Origin: a phage
DNA: 64,000 bases
Reading direction: 5' to 3' (one strand)
Assembly: GCA_004257845.1 (NCBI GenBank)
Contig: GCA_004257845.1_4800.1
This document shows, in pieces, positions 61,249 through 64,000 of the stretch. How positions within the stretch are numbered: the first letter of the stretch is position 1; every line of letters begins with the position of its first letter. Made by a program: the position numbers and the translations under genes. The notes beneath the pieces are model-generated. The model saw only the letters and a program-made list of their open reading frames with translations, did no database searches and was not told where the DNA came from.

Positions 61249-61533
61249 TTACGCTTCGACGAGGGAGAAGGTCTCAAATTCTTCTTCGCCCATAACGAGT
61301 AAGATGTTACCGATTTCGACCGCTTCGAAGAAGTATCCGTTAACGTTTACTTCGAAGGCTTCGCGGTCCGATTCCGGTAACGCCGCGTAAAGTTTAAAAG
61401 CCTCGGCGACCGTAACCCCACCCGCCTCGATAGTTTGGTCTACGTTCGCGGCGTAGACTTCGGATAAAATTTGTTTTACGCCGTAGTTCTCGACGATAGC
61501 GTTACGGATAGAAGAAACGTTAAGAATAGCCAT
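61249..61533 (-). CDS. small protein, paralog family member A
   Basis: Paralog of 62167-62457 product; preceded on minus strand by conserved promoter and 5'UTR hairpin with RBS AGGAG. Confidence 0.5.
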   Translation of the reverse strand: MAILNVSSIRNAIVENYGVKQILSEVYAANVDQTIEAGGVTVAEAFKLYAALPESDREAFEVNVNGYFFEAVEIGNILLVMGEEEFETFSLVEA

Positions 61534-61612
61534 TTTAAACTCCTAGTTGGGAGAGGCGTTAACGACCTATTCGTTAACTCATCCCGTCCCGATATGAGTA
61601 CATTATAATATA
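61534..61612 (-). promoter_or_regulatory. conserved promoter plus structured 5'UTR, copy A
   Basis: Minus-strand reading: GTGCTTTACT-16-TATAAT, TATCGGGACGGG, hairpin GTTAACGA-ATAGG-TCGTTAAC, CCAACTAGGAG RBS. Confidence 0.5.
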
Positions 61613-61644
61613 GTGTAGAAAAAAGTAAAGCACTTTTTCGATAA

Positions 61645-61673
61645 AGATGAGATAAATTATTTTATCTTTTTTC
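61645..61673 (+). terminator. AT-rich hairpin with T-run between divergent promoters
   Basis: AGATAAATTATTTTATCTTTTTT; weak stem. Confidence 0.25.
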
Positions 61674-61757
61674 TTTACTTCTTCGTACACTCGCGTATAC
61701 TTGTTTATATCGAGACGGGCGATGACCCTTTCTTTTACTACCATCGGGAGTTTTATT
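61674..61757 (+). promoter_or_regulatory. promoter (TTTACT-16-TATACT) and 5'UTR for 61758 gene
   Basis: Shares GTGCTTTACTTCTTCGTACACT and TTTATATCGAGACGGG with the other two copies. Confidence 0.45.
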
Positions 61758-62060
61758 ATGGCTACTTTAATTTCTTCTCTTCTTACTTACGACGAAGACC
61801 GCTTAACCGTCGCTTCTCTTCTTAAAGCCGTTAACGCAGAATTAGACGGGACCGCTATTAAGGTCCGCGCGTTCGCCTTCGTCGGCCTTTCCTTCGACGA
61901 TATGAAGTACGTCGAACGTAGCGCCATCCGCTTCGCGAAGACCGACGACGAAGCCGTTACCCTTATCGAAACCGTAACGCCGCGCGGCGAAGCGCTAATT
62001 ATCGTCGAGTATCTCGATATAGAAGGCTATAAAGCTTATAAACATTTTATCGCAAAATAA
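61758..62060 (+). CDS. hypothetical small protein (100 aa)
   Basis: RBS GGGAG; Leu codons almost exclusively CTT/TTA, unlike the rest of the window. Confidence 0.45.
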   Translation: MATLISSLLTYDEDRLTVASLLKAVNAELDGTAIKVRAFAFVGLSFDDMKYVERSAIRFAKTDDEAVTLIETVTPRGEALIIVEYLDIEGYKAYKHFIAK

Positions 62061-62070
62061 CGAAAAGTGC

Positions 62071-62166
62071 TTTACTTCTTCGTACACTAAGACTATAATG
62101 TTTTATATCGAGAGGGGATGAGGTAGCGAATAGGTCGCTACCCGCCCGACCAACTAGGAGATTATT
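62071..62166 (+). promoter_or_regulatory. conserved promoter plus structured 5'UTR, copy B
   Basis: TTTACT (62071-62076) -17- TATAAT (62094-62099); TATATCGAGAGGGG; hairpin GGTAGCGA-ATAGG-TCGCTACC (62122-62142); CCAACTAGGAG RBS. Confidence 0.55.
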
Positions 62167-62457
62167 ATGATTACTTTAGCCGCTATCCGTTCCGCTCGCG
62201 TCGAGACTTCCGAAAACTCTAACGTATTTGGCGAAACCTTAGAGAGCGTTTATCTCTCTAACGTAGACGCAACTATCGAATCTATTTATGAGCCGATCAA
62301 CTTCCTCGACCTTTACAAGTATCGCGATGAGGACATCGTATCTTGCCGCGTAACCATCAACGGCTTCGTCTATACGATTACCGAAATCGGCGGCGAATAT
62401 CTCGCGGTCCCGCAACTCGGCGGCGAAGTAACTTTCTTTAAAATCGTAAGCCTGTAA
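62167..62457 (+). CDS. small protein, paralog family member B
   Basis: Alignable with 61249-61533 product (SxYxxNVDxTIE ... VxxNGxxxxxxEIG). Confidence 0.5.
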   Translation: MITLAAIRSARVETSENSNVFGETLESVYLSNVDATIESIYEPINFLDLYKYRDEDIVSCRVTINGFVYTITEIGGEYLAVPQLGGEVTFFKIVSL

Positions 62458-62468
62458 GGAGAAGGAAG

Positions 62469-62678
62469 ATGACTAATATGAATAATTCTCTTAACGCGCG
62501 CGCCCATCGTACCGCCGTAATCGATATGTTCCGCGAGCTTAAGGAATTATGCGATAATATGAACGCGATGTTATCCATCGGCGGCTGGGGATACGAAGAA
62601 GAGGTTAAATACGCGGTTATGCGTCGCCGTCGCGATAACGTCCTTGGGCAAATTAAACGCGCCGGATTATTCCTTTAA
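62469..62678 (+). CDS. hypothetical small protein (69 aa)
   Basis: RBS GGAGAAGGA; followed by terminator. Confidence 0.4.
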   Translation: MTNMNNSLNARAHRTAVIDMFRELKELCDNMNAMLSIGGWGYEEEVKYAVMRRRRDNVLGQIKRAGLFL

Positions 62679-62704
62679 TTATAATTACCAACAGTTACTA
62701 ATAG

Positions 62705-62722
62705 GCCGCGCTTAGTCGCGGC
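62705..62722 (+). terminator. intrinsic terminator
   Basis: GCCGCGCTTAGTCGCGGC followed by TTTTCTTC. Confidence 0.55.
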
Positions 62723-62739
62723 TTTTCTTCGCCCCTATC

Positions 62740-63380
62740 TCGATGCGCTTCTCCGCGAAAACTCCTTTATCCTTCCCTTCGTCGTCGCATAATCTTCGTC
62801 GAGATGCTCCTTAGTTCGTATAACGGGTATTACGTTAAATGGAGAACATCGCGTAAGTCCTTGTTTTATATAGACACCTATATCGGACCGTTAGGGCGGG
62901 TCGCGTAAGTCGTTGTTTTATAAAGGCGCAAAACTTTCCCTTCGTTCCGAACTAAAACGAGGAATATGCCGACCCTTCGTCCGAAAATAGTACGCATGCG
63001 AAATTACATGCATCTCGAATAATTCCCACCGATATTATCCTACAAGCAATCATTCTCTTTCGAATCATTATGCTTCATATTATTATGCGTCGAATCATTC
63101 GCTTTCGAATTGTAACGCTGGAAACTGTAACGGCGATTGATTATTGCGTTCGTGTGGTTTTTAGGGCATGGGTCTTTTGGTGCGTTTTGGTACTTGATGA
63201 AATTTGCAGTACACTAATCAAAATACGACACATTTGGTCCACTAACTTTTCAAAGAAAAAGTCCTGGACAGTACCGTACTATTTTGTACCCACAGGAAAT
63301 TTGCAGTACACTCCTGCGCGCCAGGCAAAATAAAGGGCCGCACTAAGCGACCCACGATTCACGGTTAAGGCAACATCCAC
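62740..63380. repeat. repeat-rich non-coding region
   Basis: Direct repeats CGCGTAAGTC(C/G)TTGTTTTATA (about 62853 and 62903), TCGAATCATT x3, TGTAACG x2, AAATTTGCAGTACACT x2; no convincing ORF. Confidence 0.5.
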
Positions 63381-63382
63381 CC

Positions 63383-63784
63383 ACTATTCACTCTTATGGG
63401 CATCACCAAAGCCATCCGCAATCTGGCTGATCAACGACTCAATGGACACAGTCTTACCAATTGATCGAGCGGTTATGGCGAGCATATTATCAATCAAACC
63501 GTGATTAACACAACACTCTGGAGATTTAGAGTCATCTTCAGAACAACCAAAAAGCTGGTCGCGCAGACTTTCAAGAGAACGCTCAATATTTTCCAACTTC
63601 TCTTCTAAATCGGATTGGCGACGTAAAACCCATGTCAAGTCACGGTTGCCAACTTCCAATCCATCAGAATAGCAAGGTGGAGCGTCAATTTTGATACTGG
63701 AGCCAAAAGCGGTGCCGCTGCCTTTAGTATATGTGTGGCTCATAGAATCATTTTTATTTGACATATCATTACCTTTAATATTTG
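63383..63784 (-). CDS. hypothetical protein
   Basis: Minus-strand ORF; start placed at Met with RBS AAAGGTAA (ORF extends to 63830). Confidence 0.4.
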
Positions 63785-64000
63785 GGTGATTAACAATAAC
63801 TATAATAAAGCCGCATAGCGCGGCATTCAAATCGATTTATTAATTGTGACGATTGGATTCATCAATCGATACCAATTGTGCAGGGTCGCCGGATACCGTT
63901 GCGCCGATGATTCCCATCTGAGAGAAAAATTCTGAATAAACTTCTTTCCAGTACTTGCGCGCAGCTTTCTGGGCCTGCCCTTTGCGCTTGTAACTTTTTC

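Noticed and set aside
1-64000. Lysogeny module (integrase, repressor, attP)
   Set aside because: No tyrosine or serine recombinase or CI-like repressor recognised; gene content is that of a virulent phage.

Overview
This window reads as about 64 kb of a virulent, contractile-tailed dsDNA phage genome; no integrase or repressor is visible. All calls rest on motif recognition by eye, with no database search run. Layout: (1) terminase large subunit at 103-1563, then a two-gene minus-strand moron with divergent promoters; (2) a long plus-strand late operon at 2383-28657: portal with an unusual C-terminal pyrophosphatase-like domain, MuF-like head protein, scaffold/protease-like protein, capsid, sheath, two tube paralogs, tape measure with a lytic transglycosylase domain, baseplate, tail fibers, GH19 endolysin; (3) a minus-strand block at 28683-46262: a small secreted+membrane protein moron, DNA ligase, MazG-like, Rz/Rz1 spanins, SSB-like, SNF2 helicase, VRR-NUC, DnaE-type polymerase, DnaQ-like exonuclease, Dda-like helicase, plus an enzyme cluster (VOC-like, SDR, HAD, divergent ThyX-like, FAD-binding) that is the best candidate for an undescribed nucleotide or DNA-modification pathway; (4) a plus-strand early block at 46423-58798 with primase-like and VirE-like proteins and about 25 small genes; (5) a repeat-dense right end at 58.8-63.4 kb: a GGA-rich non-coding stretch, a second copy of an iteron element also found at 6.7-7.0 kb, an array of ATTTGCACTAT motifs, and an island of atypical codon usage with paralogous small genes behind conserved promoter/5'UTR hairpins. 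No rRNA, tRNA or CRISPR was found.
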